From the human T2T-CHM13v2.0 reference genome, Homo sapiens, in the NCBI RefSeq assembly GCF_009914755.1, contig NC_060934.1: a DNA stretch of 64,000 bases; one strand, written 5' to 3'. Position 1 is the stretch's first letter, and each line of letters starts with the position of its first letter. The notes under the pieces were generated by a model that saw only the letters and a program-made list of their open reading frames with translations, did not search any database and had not been told where the DNA came from. Of this stretch, positions 28,461-43,075 are shown piece after piece. The position numbers were made by a program, and so were the translations under genes.

Positions 28461-29628
28461 GGCACCTGGGGGCCCCCCGATTTCCCTTGGCCCCCTCCTT
28501 AAATACCTCAAGGAAACCTCTGTCCCTCCATTGGCTCAGCCAGCAAGGGTAGGAAGGAGGGAGTCATTAGAACATGTCAGGTCTCATTGCTGCTGCCGCC
28601 ATCTGCTAACCTCCGCCACTGACATCATTACAGCAGTAAGTCCCAAAGCATGAATACAGTGCGAAGGTCACAAAAACTCACTCGGTGAGGGGAAGCCAGG
28701 AGCATAGCTGCAGTGACAGCACTGTGAGGGAGAGACCAGTAGAGTGGGAACAGGAGGTCAACAGAAGTCAGGAAGGGGAAAGACACAGGCAGGGGGCAGG
28801 TGAAAGTGTGAGACAACCAGTTCCTAAGATCCAGCCAACAGGGCACCCTGGGTCACCAAAGGGATAAGGAAATAGATGTGATGGGAAGGGGAAAAAAACA
28901 GGCAAATCTTGTTATCTGTCCAGCAAACATCCCACCTTGCAGGTGGGGAAACATCCACCTGAATGCCCTCTAGAGCGCAGCTCCAGAAGCTGCTCGAGTC
29001 ACATCTGTGATGAGTGGACAGGGCCATGCTTGTGGAACCTACCATCCACAGTGGCATCTGTTTCGAAAGAAGGAAGGGAGGCCCTAGGACCAAAGCTGCA
29101 AGACCAGGCAGGGGAAGATAAACACAACTTTTTTTTTTTATCAAACTAAAGCCGAATAAGAACAAGATGCCTAGCTAAAGCTTGAATTAATAAAGTTTAA
29201 AGCAAATAAAAAGAAGTTTCATTTCACACAGCAACTGGCATACCATTACCTCAAAGAGACAGTGCAGATAGAAAATTTAAATTCAAAAGCTTAGCCAACT
29301 TCACGGATGACTGAACCATAATGGGTTAATAGGGAAAGGAGGATATGCCTTGCCTTCAAGGGGTAAAGACCAAAGCATGTTAAATAAATGATGGTCCATC
29401 TACTTAATGGAATATTATACAGTCCTTTTAAATGATGTTCCCAAATAATACAAGCAAGAGACTTATGATATACTATTATAAGAGAAAAAAGCAGGGTACA
29501 AACAGCACTGTTACAACTACTAAAAAAAAGAGCCTATGCAGAGAAAAGGAAAGAGTGGAAGAAAACTAAAATGTTAAAAGTGATTGTGTCTGGGCAGTAG
29601 AATGATAAGCAATTCTTTCTTCTTTTAA

Positions 29629-29995
<367 letters not shown>

Positions 29996-31235
29996 ATTAT
30001 TTACATTTTATAAGAGAAAAGACAACATAACACTCCTGTCCATGACTCAGGGCCAAGGGCAGGCAGACCTGAAGGTGAGCGACCTGGTACAGCTAGTGTT
30101 AGCAACCATGGCCCTGGTACACCTTGCCCTGAAGTGATGGGACTGATCAGTAGCTTAAGGTTAGGCCAAGAAGCTCCAGATCAGAAGGGAGGTGCCCCAC
30201 TGGCCTCTTTCTCCCAATTAGGCCACAGCTGGCAGAGGTCTGGGACACCTCTCCCAGTACACATACCACACATATTCTCTACACACACACACACACACGC
30301 ACCCCTCTCTCAACCCAAGTGCATCAGGGCAGGATGGTGCGAGTAGGTGCCTAGGTCAGGCTCTGGATAGTGTCCAGAGGCTGGAGCTCTTACTGCTTGC
30401 TCCCTGCCCCCCAACTGCAACTCCAACAAATAAGGGCCAGCAAAGCAGGGTTTCTGTGGAGGAGTGCATTCCTACAGCCAGAGAATGCCTACAGAGAAAC
30501 ACAAAATGATTATTCTCTATTTTAACGAAGGGTACAAGGTCAGCCTAACCAAGGATAGGAGAGCCTAGCCCAGGCTAGACAAAAGGAAGCCTGAGGTTTC
30601 TGATTCACTCAAGAATCAGAAACTTATAAACTTGAGCAATGGGAGCACAGAATTAATAGAGAGGGGAAAAAATAAGGAAATAAAAAACAAAAACTCTCAG
30701 TACAGTGGAATAACATAAGTTCATTCATCCTATTGAATTTAATAAGGTGTTGGGAGCTGCAGGGAGAAGAGTTTCTAAACTGGATTTCCATCTACATGGC
30801 CCCTTAAACAACTGCTCCATGTGCTCCTAAAATAAAGAAATGGCAAGGTGTCCCTGTACTAAAGCAAAAACTGACCGGTTCAGACTTCCTGAGAAATGAT
30901 GATACAATATTCACAAAATGAGGTACCCAACAAGAAGCATGCAAAAAGACAAGCTATACATGGTAATTACTTGCAGACAATATAATTGTCTGCCTAGAAA
31001 ATCCAAAAGACTCAACCAAAAAACTATCACAATTAATACCAGGGTCAGATGAGGTAGCTGGCATGTTGCATACAACAGTAGAAAGGGGTGCAGGTGTGGA
31101 CCCCTGGCTCTGCCACCTAGTAATCATGTGATCCAGAGTGAGTTATTCAACCTCTCTACAGCCCTGTTTCTTCTTCATAAGACAGAAATAATAATAGTAC
31201 CTAGGCACTGGCTTGTTATAAAAATTATATGGGAA

Positions 31236-31670
31236 GTGTAAATTAGTTCAACCATTGTGGAAGACAGTGTGGCGATTCCTCAAGGATCTAGAACCAGAAA
31301 TACCATTTGACCTAGCAATCCCATTACTGGGTATATACCCAAAGGATTATAAATCATTCTACTATAAAGGGGACATCAATGAAGCTGGAAACCATCATTC
31401 TCAGCAAACTAACACAAGAACAGAAAACCAAACACTGCATGTTCTCATAACTGGGAGCTGAACAATGAGAACACATGGACACAGGGAGGGGAACATCACA
31501 CACCAGGGCCTGTTAGGGGGTAGTGGGTTAGGGGAGGGATAGCATTAGGAGAAATACCTAATGTAGATGATGGGTGGATGGGTACAGCAAACCATCATGG
31601 CACATGTACACCTATGTAACAAACCCGCACGTTCTGTACATGTACCCCAGAACTTAAAGTATAATAAAAA
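31236..31670 (+). mobile_element. 5'-truncated L1PA (L1PA7/8-like) with internal deletion, inserted in a MIR
   Basis: ORF2 end (WKTVWRFLKDLEPEIPFDLAIPLLGIYPK), primate L1 3' UTR, aacttaaagtataataaaaa tail, TSD AA(A/G)ATTATATGGGAA at 31221 and 31671. Confidence 0.93.
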
Positions 31671-31737
31671 AAGATTATATGGGAAAAGATGCTTAGAACA
31701 GTATATACACATAGCACACACCCACGGATGTTAGTTA

Positions 31738-31870
31738 TTATTATATACCAGCAATAACCAAGTGTTATTATATACCAGCAATAACCAAGTGTTATTATAT
31801 ACCAGCAATAACCAAGTGTTATTATATATCAGCAATAACAAACTGTTATTATATACTAGCAATAACCAAT
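31738..31870. repeat. 27-bp minisatellite, about 5 copies
   Basis: Unit TGTTATTATATACCAGCAATAACCAAG; CCAGC recurs at 31748, 31775, 31802; last two copies diverged. Confidence 0.92.
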
Positions 31871-31897
31871 TGCAACCAAAATGTAATTAAAAATCCA

Positions 31898-32215
31898 GGC
31901 TGGGCGTGGTGGCTTACACCTGTAATCCCAGCACTTTAGGAGGCTGAGGGGGGTGGATCACCCAAGTTCAGGAGTTCAGCCTGGTCCAACATGGTGAAAC
32001 CCTGTCTCTACTAAAAAATATATATATATAAATTAGCCAGGCGTGGTGGTGGGCACCTGTAATCTCAGCTACTCAGGAGGCTGAGGCAGGAGAATCACTT
32101 GAAACTGGGAGAGGGAGGTTGTAGTGAGCCAAGATCGCACCACTGCACTCCAGCCTGGGTAACAGAGCAAGACTCCGTCTCAAAAAATAAATAAATAAAA
32201 TAAAAATAAAATAAA
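31898..32215 (+). mobile_element. AluS
   Basis: Dimer with (AAAT)n tail, TSD AAAAATCCA. Confidence 0.92.
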
Positions 32216-32321
32216 AATCCATTCATGAAAAGAATTTAAAAACTGTAGAATATCTAAGAATAAATCTAACAAAAAAAACAAGAGAAAAATGAACAAATAA
32301 ACAAAATCACTAGAAAAGATC

Positions 32322-32490
32322 CATATATATTACAATATAATAATAATAGAAATAAAGTACACAATAAATGTAATGCACTTGAATCATCCCAAACCCTGAC
32401 TCACCCCCCTCCCACCCCCGAGGCTATGGAAAATTTGAAACTGTCTTCCATGAAACCAGTCCCTGGTGCCAAATATGTTGGGGACTGCTG
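32322..32490 (+). mobile_element. MER1B-like hAT-Charlie DNA transposon end
   Basis: gtcttccatgaaaccagtccctggtgccaaatatgttggggactgctg terminal sequence. Confidence 0.75.
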
Positions 32491-32539
32491 ATATATAGTC
32501 AAAAGATTAATACTGAGAATATTAAAAGAGGTGATGGGA

Positions 32540-32844
32540 GGCCAGAAGTGGTGGCTCATGCCTGTAATCTCAGCATTTTGGGAGGCCAAGGCAGGCAGAT
32601 TGCTTGAGCCCAGGAGTTCAAGACAAGCCTGGGCAACAAAGTAAGACCCTGTCTTTACAAAATATGAAAAAAATTAGCTGAGTGTGGTGGCATGCACCTT
32701 TAGTTCCAATTACACAGGAGGGTGAGGTGGGAGGATCTGATCCCTTGAGCCCAGGAGGTCAAGGCTGCAGTGAGTTATGATTACACCACTGTACTCCAAC
32801 CTGGGCAACAGAGCAAGACCCGGTCTCAGAAAAAAAAAAAAAAA
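32540..32844 (+). mobile_element. AluJ
   Basis: AluJ diagnostics (gagcccaggaggtcaaggctgcagtgag), A-tail. Confidence 0.9.
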
Positions 32845-33030
32845 AGAGAGATGGAGGGGCACCCCTCCAGCATCCTGCCTTGGAGCCCACTTCCTCCCTA
32901 CCCTGGGGGGGCGGGCGGAGGGAAGAGCGATCTTATAAATCACAGGCAAAAAGGTAGATAAATGAGTGAAAACTTGAACAAGTAATTTATGAAAAAATAT
33001 ACATGGCCAAATACATATGAAATAATGTTA

Positions 33031-33402
<372 letters not shown>

Positions 33403-33557
33403 AAGAATTGCAAATTAGAGAAAAAACAAAGATAATTACAAACACACATAGTATTTAATGTGTGCCCAAGTGCTGTTCTAAGCACTTTCTATCAATTAGT
33501 TCACTTAACCCTCAAGACATTCCTACATATTTGATAATATTTTTCTAGGTATGATAA

Positions 33558-33875
<318 letters not shown>

Positions 33876-34088
33876 CAGGATTACATTTAAAAAGTATCAC
33901 TATCTTTTAGAGTACAGACTGAAATATTTATAGATGAAATTGTATGTCTGATATTTGCTTCAAAATAATATGGGACGGGAAAGTGTGTAGGGATTAATGG
34001 AGCAAGGTTAGCCAAGAGTTGGTAATTATTCTACTTTTGTATATTTTGAAAATTTCCGTTATAAAAACATTTTTAAAAAGCCACCATG

Positions 34089-34704
<616 letters not shown>

Positions 34705-34884
34705 AAAAGGTCACTATGAGGTTTGTATAGCCAAAATTACCCTCCTCCTTTTAGAGATAAGGAAGATGAGGAATAGAGAGGTAACTCACCAACATTACAC
34801 AGCTAGTAGGAAAGGGACTGATGATTTGACCCCAGCCGTGTGGTCTGCAAAGTCGACCCCGTAATCACTATTTTATACTCACTC

Positions 34885-35640
34885 CCCAAATTAAATATCA
34901 TTTTTTACCTATCAGAGTGGCAAAATTTTTCAAAAAACGGATATTACCCAGTACTGATAAGAGGAAATGGGTAATTGTACACACTGTTTGCGGGTATAGA
35001 ACCTGATACGGTCTAACTGGAAGGCAATGTGGTGGTGTCTAAAAACTTTTTGGTGCGCTTCCTCCTCAATCCAGCATGATCTTTCTAAGTGTCTTTCCTG
35101 GAAAGATACCTGACCATATGTAAAAATAGGCAAGTACACAGATGTTTCCCAAAGGACTGTTTGTAACAGCAAGACACTGGAAATAACCTACGTGTCCATC
35201 AGTAGAAGGATGGTTACAAACTGTGGTTTGTAAGGCGTGGAACTAGAATGCTGCAGTCAAAAAGAACATGGTAGGATGGGGTGCTCTGACATGAAAGGAC
35301 CTCCAAGCCTCGTAGGGAGATGAGAAATTCAAGCTGCAGAACAAATGTATAATGTGAGCCTAAAACAAAGCAGAACCATATATCTATATATGTACACATA
35401 TTGATGAAACTATATGATATCTGCTATTTGCTTCAAATGAAAAGATCTGGAATGACACATACTGGATGTCCTGCAAAAAAAAAAAAAAAAGAGTAGGATA
35501 ACGGGAGGGGACACAGGTCACTGAAGGAGATTTTTCCTTTCTATTCTATATATTTTAAATTGTTTGAATTTTTACAATTAGAACATATTTATGTATCACT
35601 TATGTATAAAACAACAAAACAGAAATTAAGAAATTAAAAG
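34885..35640 (+). mobile_element. Old L1ME-type 3' fragment
   Basis: atcatttttacctatcagagtggcaaaa...ctggaaataacctacgtgtccatcagtagaaggatgg L1 ORF2-end/UTR-like sequence. Confidence 0.65.
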
Positions 35641-36559
35641 AATGGTAATCAAAATACTCATTTTGAAGTTACCTGAAAGATGTGTTGCATATTAGTAGCA
35701 CACTGAATTAAATGTGATTCTGATTATTGCACAAACCACATGATATCTTGGCTCCATCCGGGACTTGACAGAGACCCTTTACCTCGATGGCTTTCTGAGT
35801 GGTGAAAGCCTGGGAACAGCTGCCTATGAGAATTCCAGTTTTCCGGCAGCTCTGACAGTGCTTTCCCCCAAACTTCTGCTTCATAACCACTCTGTTTGTA
35901 AAGAGATGCTATGCGTCATGAATTATACACAGTAGGACTACAGAAGTAGGATCCATGACAATAAGAGCTACTGTATCTATGTACACAATAGGTAAAGCCT
36001 ATCCCTCACAAGAAAGGAGTGCTCCATTTGTAGAGGAGTGCCAGCAGCAAGCCCTGGTGCACGTGTCAACTCCCTGCAGTTTAATCCCAAATCATGCAGC
36101 TTGCTAATCATTTTCCTTTGGAGGAAGCCTGGGCAGGCCAGACCTGTGCCATCCCAGGACTTGGTTCCAGTCTCTCTCTGCCCCTCAGGGAGGGTGCTAG
36201 GCCACTGCTCATTCATACAACCTCAGGTGTCTGCAACCAGGTTCTTTCTCTGTGCATGTCACATTAGAATATGGCGGGTTTTGCTAAGGACACCATCAAC
36301 AGCTTACAAAGGAGGAATCCTTATTTGCTGACTAGTAATAATATGAGGGGGAGGAGGTCAAAGGCTGTACAACAGTTCCTATCAGACTCTTCACTTTGTT
36401 TAAGAGTTGGTAGCCAAGGTCTCTGAGCTCAGTCACCATTCACATAGACACTTTGGGACTGGACATCATGGAGTCATTTGGCCTTTATCCAACTAGTAGA
36501 CACCTATTGTTCTGTGTGCCCACATTCTCCCTCCATATATGTGATTCCTGAGAGATCCA

Positions 36560-36963
36560 CCATGTTCTTACATGACTTTCCCTCCCTGGCCACAGTTAAT
36601 TAATCAAGAGATGCGCAGCTGACCCAAAACTGGCCTGGGATTTTTGGAAGCCAGTCACTCTCTCTGATTTAAGCCATGAGCTGCCAAACTCAGGAGCACT
36701 TGGCAGCCTCATGGAATAAGCTGGTCAGCTTGGAGAAAGGAAGGAGCTAAGAACCATAAAGAAAGAGATGAGCACCCCAGAAGGATAAAGCCATGGCAGC
36801 ACTATGGCCTCTGGTTCAGCTAGTCCCAAGGGTGTATTTCAGTTCTGCCTTTGGCTTGGTTTTTCACCTTTTCCCTTGGATTTCATGAGCCAAATATTCT
36901 GTTTTATTTATGTGAATTTGAATTTGGTTTCTGTCACTTACAATAAATGTGTCCTGAGTAATA
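36560..36963 (+). mobile_element. MLT1 (ERVL-MaLR) LTR fragment
   Basis: ccctggccacag...tgacccaa and terminal ttggtttctgtcacttacaa...gtcctgagtaata typical of MLT1J/K-like LTRs. Confidence 0.6.
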
Positions 36964-37396
36964 TAGAGCCTCTGTTCAGTAACTGCTCGGCTTCTCACCC
37001 AACTGAATGTCCTCACTGAGAGATGAGCAAAGGGCTTTGCCAGGCCTCTACTGGACACCTTGGGGCCTAAGAAGATACTTCAACCACAAAATTAATACCT
37101 GGTAGGTCTTCTAGGAGAGCAGATGAAACAGAACCACACAGGCTGGCCTGGAACTTCAGAAAGGAGATGAGGTGTTCTTTTATACCAATGCCTAAGAACA
37201 GTGCCAGGAAAAATCTACCTGCCCACTCCCAGTAGGGGGTGAGGAGATGGTCTGGACAACAGAAAATAACAAGGATGCTGCTTGAGGGATGGGATTCTAG
37301 TCTTCAAGGGACAAGGCCCTGATCTTCAGAGATTTGGTCCCTTGAATCCCTTTTTATGGACTGATGAGACTGAATGTTCTACTGGAAACCACATGA

Positions 37397-38156
<760 letters not shown>

Positions 38157-38872
38157 TAAGAGATAGATAATTTAAATATATTTTCCACGTATTCATCTAA
38201 TTTTAATTAAAAGCATGCACAATTGGATAGGAGAATCTTTGAGGGGGAAAAAAGGAAAAAAAGCATGCATAAAATAATTAAGATGGTGATGGAAAACACA
38301 GGGGTTAATTTTACTATTTTTCTCTTTATCTTTGAAAATTTTCAGAATTAAAGTTTAAAAATACACATCCACAATCAAAACCAATTGACTGTGATCTTTC
38401 TTTGTAACCCCAAGCAACTCCTTTGTTACAACTTCTTTTATCTCTTCTCCACCCTGACCTGGTACAAATGACCCAAAAACTAAGGGAAAAATAAATCTGA
38501 CTATAGGAGCAAACTCAAATATTCTACTTCTGAATCCCTCTGAGTGACATGTGCACACAAACACAAAACACAAGAGAAACCAAGCAGAAAATTCACATAG
38601 TGCATGTAAGATTTTTTCTCAAAAAAAAACAAAACAAAACAATACACATACACCTTAAGTGTGTCCCCCCAAACCCTCTCACTCTCTTTTTTTTTAATGA
38701 ACCTGGCCCCAGATCAGAAAGACATTTGAAGTTGTAAATCAGAAATTAGGTATGAGGAAACCAAAGCTTATTTATGGAAAATCACATTATTGTGTATCAA
38801 AATAATATATGAGATGTTACATAAGAACTCTATAAACATATCACTGTATAGTATATCAATAGACACACATGT

Positions 38873-39216
<344 letters not shown>

Positions 39217-39262
39217 CTATGAATATATACACATTTAAAAATTGAAGCAAAACATGACAAGT

Positions 39263-39402
39263 GGCCAGGCACAGTGGCTCACATCTGTAATCCTAGCACT
39301 TTGGGAAGCCGAGGCAGGAGGATTGCTTGAGGCCAAGAGTTCAAGACCAACCTGGCCAACATAGCGGGACCCTATCTCTATTTTTTTTTTTAATTAAAAA
39401 AA
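39263..39402 (+). mobile_element. FLAM monomer
   Basis: TSD AAAACATGACAAGT on both sides. Confidence 0.88.
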
Positions 39403-40859
39403 AAACATGACAAGTATCTGAGCCTCAGGTTCCTCTGAAGTCCCATCTCCTTACAGGCAGCCACTATGCAGAGCCTGCCACAGTGAGCTGCCCCTTCCTG
39501 CTCCTCTCCAAGCTACAACACCCCTCTGGGACTTCCAAATTCCAAGCAGCTCTTACTCTCTATAAAACCTCCCCTCCATCCTCCTGCTCAGGACTTTGTC
39601 AACAGCCCACACACCTCCCCACTGCCAGTCTGTAGGCACCAAATTCTACCTCCGAAGCCTCCTTGGTAGGCAAATAACACAGCATATTTGCTTTCTGGGA
39701 AAAGTCTGCCCCTCGATGTTTAATTTCACCTCTTTGGAACATTGGAATAAAGGCCAAACACATCATGAGCCACAGGGGAGCACTGGGGCCAGGGCAGTGC
39801 CTGAATCAATGCCATGCCCACCATCAGCGCCACCAGGCCCTCCTTTAAAGTGCCAAGATTTAGGGCAGGGCTGGGCGTGATGCCTACACTACCTGTGATC
39901 TGGGGGTACGCACATACATACATACCTGTAAACTACCAAATTATAGACTACTGATGCACAGGTCAACTTCCCTCCCTGCCATCCTCCCCAAATAATATAA
40001 AATAAGGTCACCTTATCTTTCCAACTTGTGCTACTCCTCAGAAATAGGAGAAGGCAGGGCTTTGCCAACAGGAGACTCTCATGAGCCACATCAGCCAAAC
40101 TAGAGACCAAGAAAGCATGTGTCCGCCCAGGCCACTGATTCCTTTACTGCTGAGTCTCCACACCTCACCTCATCCAAACAACATGGGAGCAAGATTGTAA
40201 TGATTAGCGTATCTACCCTTCAATTCCCCACACATCACTCCTAGCCCAGGCCCAGTAGGTGGCTGCTGGCCATTGAGCCTTCAGTTGCCAACTGTCCAAG
40301 GTGGAAAGCTGTGCTATGGCTCAACTCCCAGGTGCTGGGATTTGGCCCCTGGGAAGAGAGAGAACATGGGCCTAGTCACAGCCTTGGGAAGAGGTACATG
40401 CCCTCTGGGTTGTCCTGACCTTGCCATCCTTTGCTGAGAAGGCACACACACACATACATGCAGCCGCGTTTGCTCCCTTCGGTAAGAGGGCACCCAGGAT
40501 GCCGCAGGCATGTGCACGCTTTGCATTACATCTCCACTTGTGCTAAGGAGCAGATAGCGGTCTGTGGGCACACATGTCCCACACAAGGAAACTCCACACA
40601 GATCCTGTAGACACACTGTGCCCACAGGGGTCTCTTTACCTAAACTTACTGGGCAGTTGTGATTTTGCACTAGCCCAGGTGTTAAGCCCCTGCAGTTTTC
40701 TCCCCCTTAGGCCAGTCTCTGTCCCTCCCTCTTCCCTCCCACGGTAAGTGCTTTCAGGCCACACAATGAGTGGAAGGAGGAGAAACACTTCTATTGAGGA
40801 AGGCGTTTTGTTGTTTCATCCCTAAGGGGGCCTGGGGTAGGGAAGTGGGGGGGCCCACA

Positions 40860-41210
40860 AAATTTCTAATAAGCAGTTTCTCTCCTCAAAGCTAAAATGA
40901 TTTTCTTTAATTGCTTGGTGGGAACAGTTTATTGTGGGGGTCTCTGCCCTCCCCGCAAAGCCTAATTGACTTACTGAAGTTTAACAGGGGCTTTCACCTG
41001 GAGAGACTGCAATTATTCCCCCCATCCCACATTCGTACCTGGGCTCTCCCCACAGGGGGCCTTTGTTCCCCCTAAATACAGCAGTGACACAAATGTCCTC
41101 AGCAGCAGGGGAACACAGGGAAATGGTAATTTTCAGCCCAACTCAATTAGCTGAGGGCTTTTCAGCCTTTCCAGTGAATGGTGGGGAAACTTTGGCATGT
41201 GGGAACGGTG
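40860..41210. promoter_or_regulatory. Candidate enhancer
   Basis: TTAATTG, CTAATTG, CAATTA, TCAATTAG, TTTATTG, two GTGGGAA, CTCAAAG. Confidence 0.45.
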
Positions 41211-42819
41211 AGCTGGAGCTGCTCTGTGCAAGCCAAACAAAAGAGGACTCTGAATTGGGCCCCGTGGTGAGCCAGAGCAGGACTGGTGGGGGCAGCTGGG
41301 ACTGGGGCCTGGGCAAGGGAAAGAAGGTGCTGCCATCTATTACCTACATTGTCATCCTCCCAATCTGCATCTTCCAAACAGGGTCAGTAGGCCAAATAGC
41401 TTTCTGGGAAGTGGAGACACTCAAGACAATTGACTTGTACTTAGCACCACAGCCCTGCATTTATGAAGCAAGGAATAGGAAAAAGATGGCAAACTGAACC
41501 TGAGCAGCCATGGGCCAAGGGAGGTGGCTATGCAGCAGGGTGGCCACAGTGCTGGATCTGCTCTGCTCTCTCCAGAGGGCCTGGGGCTGGAGCTCACATC
41601 ATATTTTGGGCCTTCATGGGCAACTCAGTCAGGAAGCTTCAGGGAAAAAGATTCTCCCAGAAATGCCACAGACCTTTCAGAGCCCTGTCTAGAAACTCCA
41701 AAACCAGGCACTCTCCAATGCTACTCTGCTAATAACATTATGATCCAGCAGAACCCAGGACTGATGAAAAGGTACACAGCTGAGCTGCCCATAGCACAGG
41801 CCACTGCTCTACAGCCCTGCCCTCCAGTCATGCCAACAAAAATGAGATCATACCCCCATTTGCCACCCAAAACCTCACCACATACAGAGGAGTCTCTGAC
41901 AGCCTAGGTGAGCTATATTCAGGGGCAATCATGGCCATGGGCTGTAGGAGCAGTTTGGCACATGGTTTGTAGGTGGTGGTCAGGTCACACTTTTTGCCTG
42001 TTTGCTCGGCATTGAGATCTAGCCATGAAAACTACTGCACTATGATGTGCTACCCCAGCCTGCTCCTTCAATGGCCTGGGCTGGCTGCTAAGAACTACTG
42101 TCCACACCCTCACCCCCACCTCAAGCCTTTGCAAGAGTTTCAGAGTCATTCTCTATAGCAGAATCTACAAAGAAAAGGGTGGCTAGTCTCAATACCCACA
42201 GTTCAGATGTGAAGCCAGACCCTGCCCTGACACCCCTGCGGCATGGAACAGCCTCTTCTTTTTGGGGGGAAGCCCAGTCCAACAACCTGCCTGAGACAAG
42301 CAGGCCTACAAGATGAGAGGCCCATGAAGATTCATGAAACGGTTTGCTCAGAACAACTGGCTTGGCTCCCCAGTCCCATTTGGCCTGGATTCTGTCTTCC
42401 CATCTTCCTGTGCCCCTGTGTCAGTCCTGTGTCTCACTTGTACAGGACACCCTCTCCCCGTCACCTTTTCCTCAGACACACACAGGCTGCCTCCCTGGGA
42501 CAAATGGAAGGTCCTGCTCTGGGACTCATCACCCCTTTCACAAAACAAGATTTTGCCTGGGCAATCCCTGAGCGGGGAACAGACAAAGACAGGGCTTCAT
42601 TCCTTCAATAAGTACCCAGGGGTTCCCCAAGCCAGCCTTGTGATAGACGCTGGGGTGTTCAAGAAAAACCAAATTCATATAGGCTTGCCCTTAGGCAGCT
42701 TAAGGTCCAACCAGAGAATCAAGTCTTGAATTCATTTTTTTTAAAGTTGGAAACAATTCAAGATAATCAACAAGTTCTAATTCCAAATGAGAGAGCTCAG
42801 CACAGGACAGGCAAGCAGA

Positions 42820-43075
42820 CAGAGTAGCACGGAAGTGAAAAAGCATGACCTTTGGAGTCAGATGCCAGGACTCCAACACTGGCTGTGTTGGCTATGAGAG
42901 ATGTGACTCTGGCTGTTTAGTTAGCCTCTCTTGGGTCTCAGTTTCCTTTTGTAAACTGAGGATGATGATGGTACCTATCTGGGGGGATTAAATAAGGTAT
43001 AAAGTGGTCAGCATAGTGCCTGGCACTTCATCAGCACTCTACAAGTGCTAATCACTCTTGTCATTATTGTGATCA
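42820..43075 (+). mobile_element. MIR (near full length)
   Basis: ctttggagtcaga...tctcagtttcc...gtacctatc...gcatagtgcctggcac. Confidence 0.8.

Noticed and set aside
31738-31870. CRISPR-like array
   Set aside because: Head-to-tail 27-bp repeats with no unique spacers, in a human intron; a minisatellite.
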